Shown: one piece after another, positions 1 through 9,880 of the stretch
Layout: each line of letters starts with the position of its first letter
How positions within the stretch are numbered: position 1 is the stretch's first letter
Source of the DNA: Bacteroidota bacterium
GTDB taxonomy: Bacteria; Bacteroidota; Bacteroidia; AKYH767-A; OLB10
Assembly (NCBI GenBank): GCA_016713925.1
Contig: JADJOH010000002.1
Span: 371,701 to 435,700 of the forward strand
Length of the DNA: 64,000 nt
Reading direction: 5' to 3'
Notes under the pieces: model-generated
What the model was told of the DNA's origin: nothing
The model's database searches: none
What the model saw: only the letters and a program-made list of their open reading frames with translations
Position numbers and translations under genes: made by a program

Positions 1-1
1 C

Positions 2-526
2 TTTTTTCTTGGTGCGGGGATAGGCCTCTCCGTTAGAGGAGGTGCTGTTATCGATGGTACAGAAGTGCTCGCCCTGTATCTCAGTAAAAAATTAGGCACT
101 ACAGTCGGAGATATCATCACCCTTTTGAACATCGTCATTTTCTCTGTTGCTGCTTACCTCCTATCTGTAGAAACCGCGATGTATTCCATGATCACTTATT
201 TATCAGCTTCCAAAAGTGTGGATTTCATTATTGAAGGTATTGAAGAATATACCGGTTTGACCATCATAAGTCCCCATAGCGAGGAAATCCGGAAAATGAT
301 CATTCAGAAAATGGGACGGGGGGTAACGATTTACAAAGGGAAACGTGGTTTTGGTAGTCATGGACACCGGGAAGACATGGATATCATTTATACAGTCATC
401 ACTCGTCTTGAAATCAGTAAACTGAATGCAGAAATCACCATCATTGATCCCAATGCTTTTGTGATCATGAACAGCATTAAGGATACGAAGGGTGGCATGG
501 TTAAAAAGAGACCACTCTCCCATTAA
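2..526 (+). CDS. YitT family membrane protein (DUF161/DUF2179), 5'-truncated by window edge
   Basis: Reading frame is open from position 2. Translation GAGIGLSVRGGAVIDGTEVLALYLSKKLGTTVGDIITL plus a C-terminal DUF2179-like region is typical of YitT/YpjC proteins. Confidence 0.6.
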   Translation, partial: FFLGAGIGLSVRGGAVIDGTEVLALYLSKKLGTTVGDIITLLNIVIFSVAAYLLSVETAMYSMITYLSASKSVDFIIEGIEEYTGLTIISPHSEEIRKMIIQKMGRGVTIYKGKRGFGSHGHREDMDIIYTVITRLEISKLNAEITIIDPNAFVIMNSIKDTKGGMVKKRPLSH

Positions 527-560
527 AGATGTAAAAGATTTTACATGAAGAATACCTGAC

Positions 561-3500
561 TTATTTTGCTCTTACAAATCGCAGCGTTTGCTGATCTTTC
601 ATAGCATCTGTTAAAACGAGGGTATAAATTCCGGGAGATAAATTTTGGATAGATAGAGTTGATCCATCAACAGAAAGCACACCCTGCCATATCTGTTTAC
701 CGGTAAAGTCATAAATCACCCCCTGCATATCCTCTTCTAAACCGGTAAAATAGACCTGATCTTTCACCGGATTTGGCCATAGACTTACGACATTCTTCAG
801 CTTATCATTAAAATTAACGGCTATCCACCCTGTTAGTTCCTCGGCACCATTGATGTCTACCTGTCTGAGCCGGTAATAATTTTCACCTGCAAATGGATTT
901 TCATCAATAAAATTATAGGAAGAAGTAGAGGAGGAAGTACCTACACCGGTTACACTACCCAATTGTTGCACCTCGACAAAGTCACGCGTACGCTCCACTA
1001 CAAAATGGCTGTTATCCTTTTCTTCGGCTGTTGCCCATTCGAGGCGTACATTAGTACCGGATTTTTTACCGTCAAAAAACAACCACGCAACAGGAAGAGC
1101 CGCATTCAGACTTGCAAGCGCCCAATGGGTTTGACCACCTGCGGCAGGAACTGACACCTGATAAGCAAGAGCATTTTGCCCGGGTAAGGCAGCCATCCAG
1201 GTATTGGTGGGTGAATTATAAGCATGTGCTCTGATTAATCCCGCTGAATTATAAGGGATGCCGGGTAATTCCGTTGAAATATAATTAAACGTCAGGTTCA
1301 ACACCGGATTGGAGCCGGTATTTGCCATGCGCCAGAAACGATCAACAGTAGCCGTGCGGTTATCCGGAGTCAGACCTATATGACTGGTTAAATTGTTAAC
1401 ACCCGGAGGCCATGGGAGATTATTAGCAGGAGTACGATAGGTAGAGAAAGATACAATTCCCGCATTTCCACCCGTCATCTGATACGTTAAAGGAATGTAC
1501 TGAGTAGACGAATAACCCCAGGGAAGTAAATAGGTTCCGGTGGTTGAATTAATGGTCCATACGATTCGCGCGGAATGATCCAATGCTTCACTACGTATGA
1601 AACCTCCGGTACGCTGCATGGCGGTCGGCGAAGGATTTTCAATATGCACATAGCGACCACCGTTAACCGGGTTACCTGACGCATCAGAGAGATTGAATTC
1701 ACCGGCTGTCATGATCAGGCGGGTGCGTATATACACCGCCGTTGTAAATGTAGGTAGATAGGTGGGTGCTACCCAGGTTCCTGCGGGGCCCACATGATTG
1801 ATTTCCAGAATCCCGTATTTATGCTGCGGCAAGGTAGCTATTCCCACATTGATACCCGTTATTCTCGCGTAGGTAGATGTATTGTACTCGACGATACTAT
1901 TTGCTCCGAGAAAAAAATTCATGTTTCCTGCATTGCTGATCGCCGCATTGGACGTTCCATCATAGAGACCTGTTGTTCGTGCCAGTCTGAACCTTGCATT
2001 ATCTGCAACTGTTAAACCGGAATAGGTAAATAAAGTATCTGATGTCAGTTGATGTGTACCGATGGATAAAATACCCCCGGCTTCAATCTTCAACATATCC
2101 TGTATGGCGGTATTATGCGAACTCATCTGGAAAGGACCGGAAGTCACATTCACTGTACATCCGGTTCTAATCGTTTGTTTGCATTGCTGGATATTATGAG
2201 CGAGATTTCTGAAATAAGTGATGGTGCCCGGATATTCAAAAATAATTTTTGCAAACGTGCTGCCGGTACCACTACCCGCCCGATACATAGAGGCAGAATT
2301 GGAAATAGTATACGATGGACCGTTGATGTAAATTCTTTGTTCAGAAGGAGAGTCTGTAATATCAAAATGAATGATTCCACCCGATTGTGTAAAGCTGCCG
2401 TTGACATGCATATCCACAAAATTATTTGAAGGAGAAGCGGTACCCCACTGATCGGGACCGTGCATGTAGTAGAGGCTACCTACAAGGTTTTGTGTGAAAC
2501 TGCCATTAATAACCAGGCTGGCATGTCCGCCTGCAGCTTTTAAAATAAGTGTTCCGCCGGATAAAAGCAGATTTCCGTTCACAGTAATATTCGTGGAATC
2601 AGATGTGTTTTCGCTGAACCATACTGTTCCACCGCTGATCGTAAATCCACCCATTACGGCAGTGACTTTATGCCCGCTACCTTCGTTTAAACCGCCGTTA
2701 AACATAGCCTTGGCAGCAGTAACTGTAAACGTTCCTCCGATGGTTATCGTCTCATCACCAAAAGCTTCGGAAGAATTAAAAACACATGTTGATAAGCCGG
2801 AGATACTGAGGTTACCACCTACCGAAAAATTTAATTTGGTAGTCACATTATTTCCACTAATGGCCGAGAGACCCAGCAACTTTATATTATCTGTGGCAAC
2901 CGTAAATGCTACAGTGGCATTCCCCAGGATATTGACCACAGCGGTTCCATTTACGTTATGCGCGTAACTGGCCATAAAAGTTCCGCGTGTGTAGGACAAT
3001 GAATTGATGTTAATAGTGGGGACACCGTTGTTGAGGAGCAGTGGCGCATTAATTCCATAGAAATTTCCGGCAGAAGTAAAGACACCATTAATCGTAATAT
3101 TTGCATTTCCGATGCCATCCATAATACCGTTAAATGTCCCACCTGCTGTTGTAGTCAAATTATTAATTGAAAATGTGAAATGATTAGTGCCATTAAATAT
3201 ACCTGTGAAAATTCCTGCTGCACCGATACTTCCATTTCCATTCACTAAGAGTGTTGCAGTCCCGGGCATGGATTTTTTCACCTGCAATTTTCCATTGACC
3301 GTTAAATTGCTTCCAATGGTGATACTGATGTTTGACGAAGAGCTATCGAGAAATGTCTGACAATTTGTACCGACTGTCAGGTAGCCATTAATGGTTCTGG
3401 TGGTACCCAGTCCCTGATTATTCCACCAGTTTACTCCGGGATTCCAGTTCAGATTCAGGTGACCAAAATTTGTACCGACACCATTGATCAGCGGAACTGC

Positions 3501-3935
3501 AATAGATGACCAGTTACTGATGGTAACGGTACTGCTTATACCAAAAATCTCAGTCCCGGCAAACAATGAACTTGAAGCTACGACTGTACTGTTCTGAATT
3601 AAAGTACCTCCATTGGCTACATTCAATGTTCCTGTCACCGTTAATGATCTGTTTGTGGTTGATCCGCCACCGTTCTGCAAAGTGCCGCCGCTGTTGATGG
3701 TCACATTCGCGATCGTTGTATTAATATTCACAGTGACCGTGGTTCCGACACAAACGATGATATTATCTCCTGCTGCCGGAAAAGAAGCCGCCATAACACC
3801 GCCACACCCTACCGTTGACCAGGTGGTGAGCGCGTTCCAGTTACCGGTGACACGGGTATAATAAGTGGCCGCTGAAGAAAAATTCAGGTTCAGCAACAAC
3901 AATACCATCAGGCTAAAGAATATATTCTTCTTCAA
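561..3935 (-). CDS. Large secreted Gly/Thr/Asn-rich beta-helix-like adhesin with T9SS C-terminal sorting domain
   Basis: 1124-aa ORF. N-terminal signal peptide MKKNIFFSLMVLLLLNLNFSSA. Repetitive G/T/N-rich body. C-terminus ...LSPGIYTLVLTDAMKDQQTLRFVRAK matches the Por secretion system CTD pattern. Confidence 0.7.
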   Translation of the reverse strand: MKKNIFFSLMVLLLLNLNFSSAATYYTRVTGNWNALTTWSTVGCGGVMAASFPAAGDNIIVCVGTTVTVNINTTIANVTINSGGTLQNGGGSTTNRSLTVTGTLNVANGGTLIQNSTVVASSSLFAGTEIFGISSTVTISNWSSIAVPLINGVGTNFGHLNLNWNPGVNWWNNQGLGTTRTINGYLTVGTNCQTFLDSSSSNISITIGSNLTVNGKLQVKKSMPGTATLLVNGNGSIGAAGIFTGIFNGTNHFTFSINNLTTTAGGTFNGIMDGIGNANITINGVFTSAGNFYGINAPLLLNNGVPTININSLSYTRGTFMASYAHNVNGTAVVNILGNATVAFTVATDNIKLLGLSAISGNNVTTKLNFSVGGNLSISGLSTCVFNSSEAFGDETITIGGTFTVTAAKAMFNGGLNEGSGHKVTAVMGGFTISGGTVWFSENTSDSTNITVNGNLLLSGGTLILKAAGGHASLVINGSFTQNLVGSLYYMHGPDQWGTASPSNNFVDMHVNGSFTQSGGIIHFDITDSPSEQRIYINGPSYTISNSASMYRAGSGTGSTFAKIIFEYPGTITYFRNLAHNIQQCKQTIRTGCTVNVTSGPFQMSSHNTAIQDMLKIEAGGILSIGTHQLTSDTLFTYSGLTVADNARFRLARTTGLYDGTSNAAISNAGNMNFFLGANSIVEYNTSTYARITGINVGIATLPQHKYGILEINHVGPAGTWVAPTYLPTFTTAVYIRTRLIMTAGEFNLSDASGNPVNGGRYVHIENPSPTAMQRTGGFIRSEALDHSARIVWTINSTTGTYLLPWGYSSTQYIPLTYQMTGGNAGIVSFSTYRTPANNLPWPPGVNNLTSHIGLTPDNRTATVDRFWRMANTGSNPVLNLTFNYISTELPGIPYNSAGLIRAHAYNSPTNTWMAALPGQNALAYQVSVPAAGGQTHWALASLNAALPVAWLFFDGKKSGTNVRLEWATAEEKDNSHFVVERTRDFVEVQQLGSVTGVGTSSSTSSYNFIDENPFAGENYYRLRQVDINGAEELTGWIAVNFNDKLKNVVSLWPNPVKDQVYFTGLEEDMQGVIYDFTGKQIWQGVLSVDGSTLSIQNLSPGIYTLVLTDAMKDQQTLRFVRAK

Positions 3936-4258
3936 TGGGAGTTACTCTCAATAAGTTATAGGCTAAAATATACTTACCGGGATCAGTTTGTTTCCGATAC
4001 TTGGTAAGAGGCTGTTTTCACAGGGTTAATCCCTGTTTGACAAGGATCGTTTCAATATTAAAAAGAATAGTGATGCAAAGCAAGAGAAATAATTTGATGT
4101 GGAAAAATAATTTATATGATTCTGTATATCAGTATTTTATAAAAATGCTAACTAACGTTACGGGATTACCAAAATGTAGGAATTACGAAATGATTTTATT
4201 TAAAAAATATTGGGTAAAGCAGTTGTATTCGGAATGGAGAAAAAGCCACGAATTCAGT

Positions 4259-5263
4259 CTACAGCACCACTCCAAAAAGCATCGCTCTCTTAAGATACAC
4301 CTTTGTTCCGGGCTCCGGTTGGTCACCAAAGTTCATCTCATTCATCCGGTACAACTTCGATAATTTAACACCGTACTGTTGCGCAATGTCGCGCATGGTT
4401 TCGCCTTCTTCACAAATATGAGTAAGCTGTTCGGCTTTATTTTTCTTCGCTTTTATAAAAACCATTTCATTTTCTCTGAGGATGTCGTTCTTGGCTGCAT
4501 CGTTGAATTCCAGCACCTGCCACAGCTCGATATTATTCTCGCGGGCGAGCTTGGTCCAGGTATCACCTTTGCGGGCATAAACAACCGGAATGCCATTCAC
4601 CGTATTTTCTGTCGATAGCGCTTCTGCTTTATTTTCAGCCGGTGAAGTTACCTTTGCATCTGAAGTTCTAACGTTTTCTATCTCCGACGGATCCTTCACT
4701 CCCGTGTTGGCAACCGGCATTTTATCCCCTTGTACATCGTATTCGTGCAGCCGATATTTTTCGATTAAGCCGATCAGCTTCGAGGCATAACCGGGATTTG
4801 TAGCATAACCTGCTTTCTTCAATCCATGTGACCAGCCTTTGTAGTCGGTGATCTCTAGTGTGAATAATGCGCTATAACGATCGCGGCTACGTAAAAAGTC
4901 AGAATGATCATCGTAGGAATGTAAAACAGATTCATATTTCCGGAAACACTCATTGGGCGCATCATCGTCTTTATGATAGGTAGGTCCCTCCCACTCTTTA
5001 TGGCATTTTATTCCGAAATGATTGTTGGCATTGGTCGCCAGCGGACTATTTCCATAATCGGATTCATACATTCCCTGCGCCAGAGTGATGCTTGCCGGAA
5101 CGCCCGTCTTCTTCATATCGGTGATGGCGGCCTCCTTAAACATATCAATATACATCTCCGGTGTTATTCTTCCGGAATCACGACGTACATTGGGTTGTGC
5201 ATTCAGGGACATGGTCCCGATCAGACATAAAATCAGAATTCTGGTCAGCATAGGTTTTCTCAC
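4259..5263 (-). CDS. Glucosaminidase (mannosyl-glycoprotein endo-beta-N-acetylglucosaminidase-like) with C-terminal LysM peptidoglycan-binding repeats
   Basis: Signal peptide. Glucosaminidase-like region (AITDMKKTGVPASITLAQGMYESDYG...NNHFGIK). Two LysM-like blocks (GDTWTKLARENNIELWQVLEFND and GETMRDIAQQYGVKLSKLYRMNE). Confidence 0.65.
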   Translation of the reverse strand: MRKPMLTRILILCLIGTMSLNAQPNVRRDSGRITPEMYIDMFKEAAITDMKKTGVPASITLAQGMYESDYGNSPLATNANNHFGIKCHKEWEGPTYHKDDDAPNECFRKYESVLHSYDDHSDFLRSRDRYSALFTLEITDYKGWSHGLKKAGYATNPGYASKLIGLIEKYRLHEYDVQGDKMPVANTGVKDPSEIENVRTSDAKVTSPAENKAEALSTENTVNGIPVVYARKGDTWTKLARENNIELWQVLEFNDAAKNDILRENEMVFIKAKKNKAEQLTHICEEGETMRDIAQQYGVKLSKLYRMNEMNFGDQPEPGTKVYLKRAMLFGVVL

Positions 5264-5330
5264 TCTGCAAAAGTAAGGACACTTCTACCCGATTATCTAC
5301 ATCCCCACTTCCACTATTAACAAAGCGCTG

Positions 5331-6215
5331 TTAATGATCTAAATATTGTCTGCCGCCGGTATGAATCACGAGCACTTCACTCTTCTCTGAAAAAAAACTC
5401 TCCTCAAACAGGGCTTTAATTCCATAAAATAATCTTCCGGTATAGATCGGCTCAATGGGTATCGCATGACGCTTATTCCACTGATTTACAAACTGTTCTA
5501 TATCAGGATGGACGACCGCATATCCCCCCATCGTAAAGCGGTTTTCCAGATAAAGGGAGCCGTCAGGCAGTTCTGAGATTCCGGGATAACTAAAAATAAA
5601 ATGCTCCTGTTTAGCCTCCAGCACCTTTAACCCTATCACTTTGCTTCTGCCCATCAACCCCAGCGCGAGACCGGTAAGTGTGGCACCGGTACCCACAGCG
5701 AGGGCGATATCGGTAAACTTTTCCGGAATACATCCGGCGATGGATTTGCAGCCTTCCACACCGGCTTCATTGGAACCTCCTTCCGGAACAATGAGCACAT
5801 CTCCGAATTCTTCGTACAAGGCACTCCATTCAGTTGGATAACGGTAACGCCTATACGAATCTCTCGAAACGAAGACCAATTTCATCCCGGCGGCACGTGC
5901 CCTGCTCAGCGTAGGATTCTGCGCAGCGCTTTCTTCCCCCCGAATAATGCCAATGACCGGAATGCCCAACTGATGACCGGCATCGGCTAATGCGGCAATA
6001 TGATTGGAAAAAGCACCGCCAAAACTTAAAATAGCGCTATAATTCCCGGAATAAAAATGCTTCAGATTCTCTTTCAGTTTAAACCATTTATTTCCTCCCG
6101 TCAGTGGATGAATCGTATCCAGTCTCAAGACAGAAATCCTTCTGCTCCCCCTCCTTGTTTCGAGATGCACTTCGTCAATGGGAATGACGGCAGGCAACAT
6201 AAAAAGTGAATGCAT
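5331..6215 (-). CDS. PLP-dependent 1-aminocyclopropane-1-carboxylate deaminase / D-cysteine desulfhydrase family protein
   Basis: 294 aa. Motifs LTGGNKWFKLKENL and SFGGAFSNHIAALA are typical of this tryptophan-synthase-beta-like PLP family. Confidence 0.65.
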   Translation of the reverse strand: MHSLFMLPAVIPIDEVHLETRRGSRRISVLRLDTIHPLTGGNKWFKLKENLKHFYSGNYSAILSFGGAFSNHIAALADAGHQLGIPVIGIIRGEESAAQNPTLSRARAAGMKLVFVSRDSYRRYRYPTEWSALYEEFGDVLIVPEGGSNEAGVEGCKSIAGCIPEKFTDIALAVGTGATLTGLALGLMGRSKVIGLKVLEAKQEHFIFSYPGISELPDGSLYLENRFTMGGYAVVHPDIEQFVNQWNKRHAIPIEPIYTGRLFYGIKALFEESFFSEKSEVLVIHTGGRQYLDH

Positions 6216-6227
6216 CAGCAGAAAAAT

Positions 6228-6821
6228 CTACCGGTGCTGAGCGATGCGGACTGATTCGCCATTGAAATGATCGGTAAACGCAGCCCATTCGGTTTGCTCC
6301 GTATAAGGCAAGAGGGTAGATTTTCCGGTTGGAGAAAAAACACGCAAGCCGACTTTACCCTCAGAAGTACATTCGAGGCGGGAGATGGCCACCAACTGCT
6401 GATCCTGCACCAGGTTCCAGGATAAATCCGAAGGTTTAAAAACAAGTTCCACCGGCTTCTTCGCTTTCCTGCCACTCACTTCTGTCACTGTAAACTTATT
6501 CATGGTAGCTTCCATCCGGTAGGTCTTGCCCCGATACTGCACCACTTGCTGCTCGTATTCCCCCTCCTTCATAGAAACCGGATTGGAGCCCGACCAGAAT
6601 TCAATGACATTCAGAATCACGGCATCCACGAAACCTGCTATCGCATACACGGGAATGATACAAAGTGCCCAAAACACAATAGAGCGCACGAACTTATCCT
6701 CTATGGAACCGTTCCACTCATACACTTTTCCTATCAGCTTGAAGGATCCATAGCAACCGGATTGCAACAACATTCCCACCAAAGAGATGCTTAATATCAA
6801 TAAACGGCTAAACTTTTTCAT
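6228..6821 (-). CDS. DUF3332-like lipoprotein
   Basis: 197 aa. Lipoprotein-like N-terminus MKKFSRLLILSISLVGMLLQSGCYGSFKLIGKVYEWN resembles DUF3332 family starts. Confidence 0.5.
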   Translation of the reverse strand: MKKFSRLLILSISLVGMLLQSGCYGSFKLIGKVYEWNGSIEDKFVRSIVFWALCIIPVYAIAGFVDAVILNVIEFWSGSNPVSMKEGEYEQQVVQYRGKTYRMEATMNKFTVTEVSGRKAKKPVELVFKPSDLSWNLVQDQQLVAISRLECTSEGKVGLRVFSPTGKSTLLPYTEQTEWAAFTDHFNGESVRIAQHR

Positions 6822-6948
6822 ATGACATAACGTTATGCCTACAAAACTAATAGAATCCGGTTACAGGATTTCAACTCATCGTTGTTAATCATCCACAAGA
6901 TTTCAACAGTTTCCTGCAATAATTATCAATAGGTTTGATTCAGCAAAA

Positions 6949-7110
6949 ATGGCATTCACCGATAAATTCGACAAAGAAGATTATTACCTGACAGCGGAAG
7001 GGTATATTGTTTTTACAGAAAAATATCATTTAAAACGCGGCTATTGCTGCCAAAGCGGATGCCGCCATTGTCCGTATAAAGTAAAACCTGAACGAAAAAA
7101 AGTAAAATAA
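6949..7110 (+). CDS. Small Cys-rich protein (DUF5522-like), 53 aa; absent from the supplied ORF track because it is under 60 aa
   Basis: ATG at 6949, TAA at 7108. Translation MAFTDKFDKEDYYLTAEGYIVFTEKYHLKRGYCCQSGCRHCPYKVKPERKKVK carries the GYCCxSGCRHCPY signature. Confidence 0.45.
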   Translation: MAFTDKFDKEDYYLTAEGYIVFTEKYHLKRGYCCQSGCRHCPYKVKPERKKVK

Positions 7111-7165
7111 TTGTTTTGTCTCTGGAAATAATTTTAGCATACTAGTTTTCTTTCTAAAGTAATTT

Positions 7166-7200
7166 GGCTTCCGGCTGCGGGCTACCGGCTGCGGGCTTCT
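7166..7200. repeat. Heptanucleotide tandem array GGCTNNN (5 units)
   Basis: ggcttcc ggctgcg ggctacc ggctgcg ggcttct, in the intergenic region upstream of hutU. Confidence 0.7.
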
Positions 7201-7429
7201 TAAATAGTAGGACATGTTTAAATACTTTTTTTACGATAAATCCTAATCTATTTCTCAGTGCCCCTAAGTGAACTCTGTGCCTACGTGGTGAAAATGATAG
7301 TTTCATTCATGACCAATATCCTTTCGGTTCTTAATTTGGATTAATAGTATATCGGGTAAATTCAACGGTAGTAAAGGCAGTAAAATCGCTTTCTTTCTAT
7401 TAAATTTGCAGGATAAATAATAACCGGAT

Positions 7430-9106
7430 ATGCAGGATACAGCACAGAAACTCGATCTCTCGAAAACGAAAACGCCTACAGGTACTTCACTCTCCTGCAA
7501 AGGATGGGTGCAGGAGGCCGCTTTACGCATGTTGCACAACAATCTGGATCCGGATGTGGCGGAGCGTCCCGAAGACCTGATCGTTTATGGTGGTCGTGGA
7601 AAAGCAGCGCGTAATGTAGAAGCCTTTCACCTGATTGTAAAAGCACTGAAGGACCTGAACGATGACGAAACCCTGCTCGTTCAAAGCGGGAAACCCGTCG
7701 CCATCCTTCCCACCCATAAAGATGCGCCGAGAGTGATCATCAGCAATTCACAGCTGGTACCGAAATGGGCTACCTGGGAAGTGTTTGATGAACTCGAGAA
7801 AAAGGGATTGATGATGTACGGTCAGATGACTGCCGGCTCATGGATTTATATCGGCTCACAAGGTATTGTTCAGGGCACCTACGAAACCTTCAATGCGGTT
7901 GCGGATAAACATTTTGGCGGGTCATTAAAGGGTCGACTTTGTGTGACGGCCGGCTTAGGCGGAATGGGTGGAGCACAACCACTCGCGATTACCATGGCAG
8001 ATGGCGTTTGTCTGGCTGCGGAGGTGGAAGAATGGCGGGCGCAGAAGCGTGTAGAGACGCGCTACCTTGACTTCATTGAAAAAGATATTGATAAAGCCAT
8101 CGACCTTGCGCTGGAGTTTAAAGCTAAGGGCGAGAATAAATCTATTGGCGTGATTTGTACGGCGATTAAACTTTTGCAACGGTTGAAAGAGCGAAATATC
8201 ATTCCGGACGTGCTTACCGACCAAACATCCGCACACGACCCGCTCGTTGGTTATTTGCCCGAAGGACTTTCCGTTGAAGAAGGCAATGTACTGCGGGAGA
8301 CAAATCCGGACCGCTATATTGAAATGGCCTATGATTCGATGGCCGAGCATGTGTTGCTGATGCTGGAATTACAAAAGAAAGGCGCCATCACCTTCGACTA
8401 TGGCAATAACCTCCGTGGACGTGCACTGGAACGCGGGGTAGAAAATGCATTCGATTTCCCGGAATTTGTTCCCGCCTATATTCGTCCGCTGTTTTGTGAG
8501 GGGAAAGGACCTTTCCGCTGGGCGGCATTGAGTGGGGATCCGGAAGACATCAAAGTAACGGATGAGGCTATCCTAAAATTATTTCCGGAGGATACCGGCT
8601 TACATCGCTGGATAAAAATGGCACAGGAGCGCATCGCCTTCCAGGGATTGCCTGCCCGTATCTGCTGGATCGGACAAGGTGATCGTGAAAAGGCCGGACA
8701 ACTCTTCAATGAACTGGTACGCACCGGCAAAGTAAAAGCACCTATTGTTATCGGCAGGGATCATCTCGATACCGGATCGGTGGCTAGCCCTAACCGTGAG
8801 ACAGAAGCGATGCTGGACGGATCCGATGCCGTAGCGGATTGGCCCATATTGAATGCATTGATCAATACTGCCGGCGGAGCTTCCTGGGTAAGTCTGCATC
8901 ACGGCGGTGGCGTGGGTATGGGTTATTCCATTCATTCGGGAATGGTCATCGTTGCCGACGGAACGGAAGATGCAGCACGACGCCTGAAAAGAGTATTGCA
9001 CAATGATCCCGCGATGGGTGTTATCCGACATATGGATGCCGGTTATGATATCGCTACGGATACCGCACGCAAGCATCGCCTCGATATTCGGGAACGATTG
9101 AAGTAG
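7430..9106 (+). CDS. hutU: Urocanate hydratase
   Basis: 558 aa, the usual urocanase length, with strong similarity to urocanase throughout. A TAAATTTG (TAnnTTTG-type) box lies about 25 nt upstream. Confidence 0.85.
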   Translation: MQDTAQKLDLSKTKTPTGTSLSCKGWVQEAALRMLHNNLDPDVAERPEDLIVYGGRGKAARNVEAFHLIVKALKDLNDDETLLVQSGKPVAILPTHKDAPRVIISNSQLVPKWATWEVFDELEKKGLMMYGQMTAGSWIYIGSQGIVQGTYETFNAVADKHFGGSLKGRLCVTAGLGGMGGAQPLAITMADGVCLAAEVEEWRAQKRVETRYLDFIEKDIDKAIDLALEFKAKGENKSIGVICTAIKLLQRLKERNIIPDVLTDQTSAHDPLVGYLPEGLSVEEGNVLRETNPDRYIEMAYDSMAEHVLLMLELQKKGAITFDYGNNLRGRALERGVENAFDFPEFVPAYIRPLFCEGKGPFRWAALSGDPEDIKVTDEAILKLFPEDTGLHRWIKMAQERIAFQGLPARICWIGQGDREKAGQLFNELVRTGKVKAPIVIGRDHLDTGSVASPNRETEAMLDGSDAVADWPILNALINTAGGASWVSLHHGGGVGMGYSIHSGMVIVADGTEDAARRLKRVLHNDPAMGVIRHMDAGYDIATDTARKHRLDIRERLK

Positions 9107-9133
9107 TGGGGCGCTCTCTGCGTTCGCCGGGGG

Positions 9134-9265
9134 GATCGTCTCGTCATTACTCAACTCGTCTTCGACGATTTGAATCTGACGAGACTGGGAGGAGGGGAGG
9201 ATCGTCTCGTCATTACTCAATTCGTCTTCGACGATTTGAATCTGACGAGACTGGGAGGAGAAAAT
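9134..9265. repeat. Two tandem copies of a 66-bp element with nested inverted repeats (gtctcgtca...tgacgagac)
   Basis: The copies begin at 9134 and 9200 and are near-identical. They lie downstream of hutU and upstream of the Trx-ApbE operon. A second short duplicated motif taccttgcgtYcccCGCG follows at 9300-9345. Confidence 0.7.
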
Positions 9266-9478
9266 TCATCCCTCAATTCTGATATGAAATTCCGTGTTCC
9301 TCCTGTTTACCTTGCGTCCCCCGCGCTTACCTTGCGTTCCCCGCGGTTAAGTCACAAGTTTAATAACCAATTAGAATTTAAAAATGAATGACCAATTCTT
9401 ATTTTGATCAATTAAAATTGTACTTGATTTTCATTAAAATTCAAATTTGAAAGTATATAAACCCGTATAGACAGAAAC

Positions 9479-9880
9479 ATGAATAAATTCTATAACCTTT
9501 ACCTTTCTTTTCTCTTGATTCTTTTTAACTGCATCACTGCTTATTCACAGGAGTCGAATTCTCCGCAACTTCTTATTTTTACCGGCTCTGATTGGTGTGT
9601 CAACTGCATGTATCTGGAAAAGCATGTACTGCAGGATTCTGCATTTCTCGCTTTCACCTCCCACAACTCCCAACTCCTCATCGCCGACTTCCCTCAGCAC
9701 CGATCGCTCCCGGCAGAAGAGGAAGCACGCAACAACACATTAGCCGAACGCTATAATCGGGAAGGTGTTTTCCCGAAAATTGTTTTACTTCAGGGAAATG
9801 ATTTCAGGGTCATTGAATATCATCGTCAGGGGACTATAGAATTACTATCAGAAATAAAATCAGCGCTTCACCAACCATGA
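9479..9880 (+). CDS. Thioredoxin-fold family protein (secreted)
   Basis: Signal peptide ending ...AYSQ. CxxC motif (DWCVNC). Stop overlaps the ApbE start (ATGA). Confidence 0.6.
   Translation: MNKFYNLYLSFLLILFNCITAYSQESNSPQLLIFTGSDWCVNCMYLEKHVLQDSAFLAFTSHNSQLLIADFPQHRSLPAEEEARNNTLAERYNREGVFPKIVLLQGNDFRVIEYHRQGTIELLSEIKSALHQP

Noticed and set aside
2494-3861. Plus-strand ORFs (2494-2967, 3613-3861, 2115-2429, 1794-2015 and others) inside the 561-3935 adhesin gene
   Set aside because: They are antisense to a long, well-supported minus-strand CDS with signal peptide and T9SS CTD. Their Pro/Val-rich translations are the mirror image of the Gly/Thr/Asn-rich sense frame.
4001-4363. 120-aa plus-strand ORF in the adhesin/LysM intergenic region
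   Set aside because: It spans an AT-rich promoter region and overlaps the 3' end of the LysM-glucosaminidase gene on the opposite strand. It has low-complexity K/N-rich composition and is more likely the upstream regulatory region of the 561-3935 gene.
7303-7542. 79-aa minus-strand ORF overlapping the hutU start
   Set aside because: It overlaps the hutU promoter and 5' end antisense, with no conserved features.
8600-9220. 206-aa minus-strand ORF overlapping the hutU 3' end and the 66-bp repeats
   Set aside because: It is antisense to hutU for most of its length and extends into a tandem repeat. Its translation is repeat-derived (SNDETI... twice).
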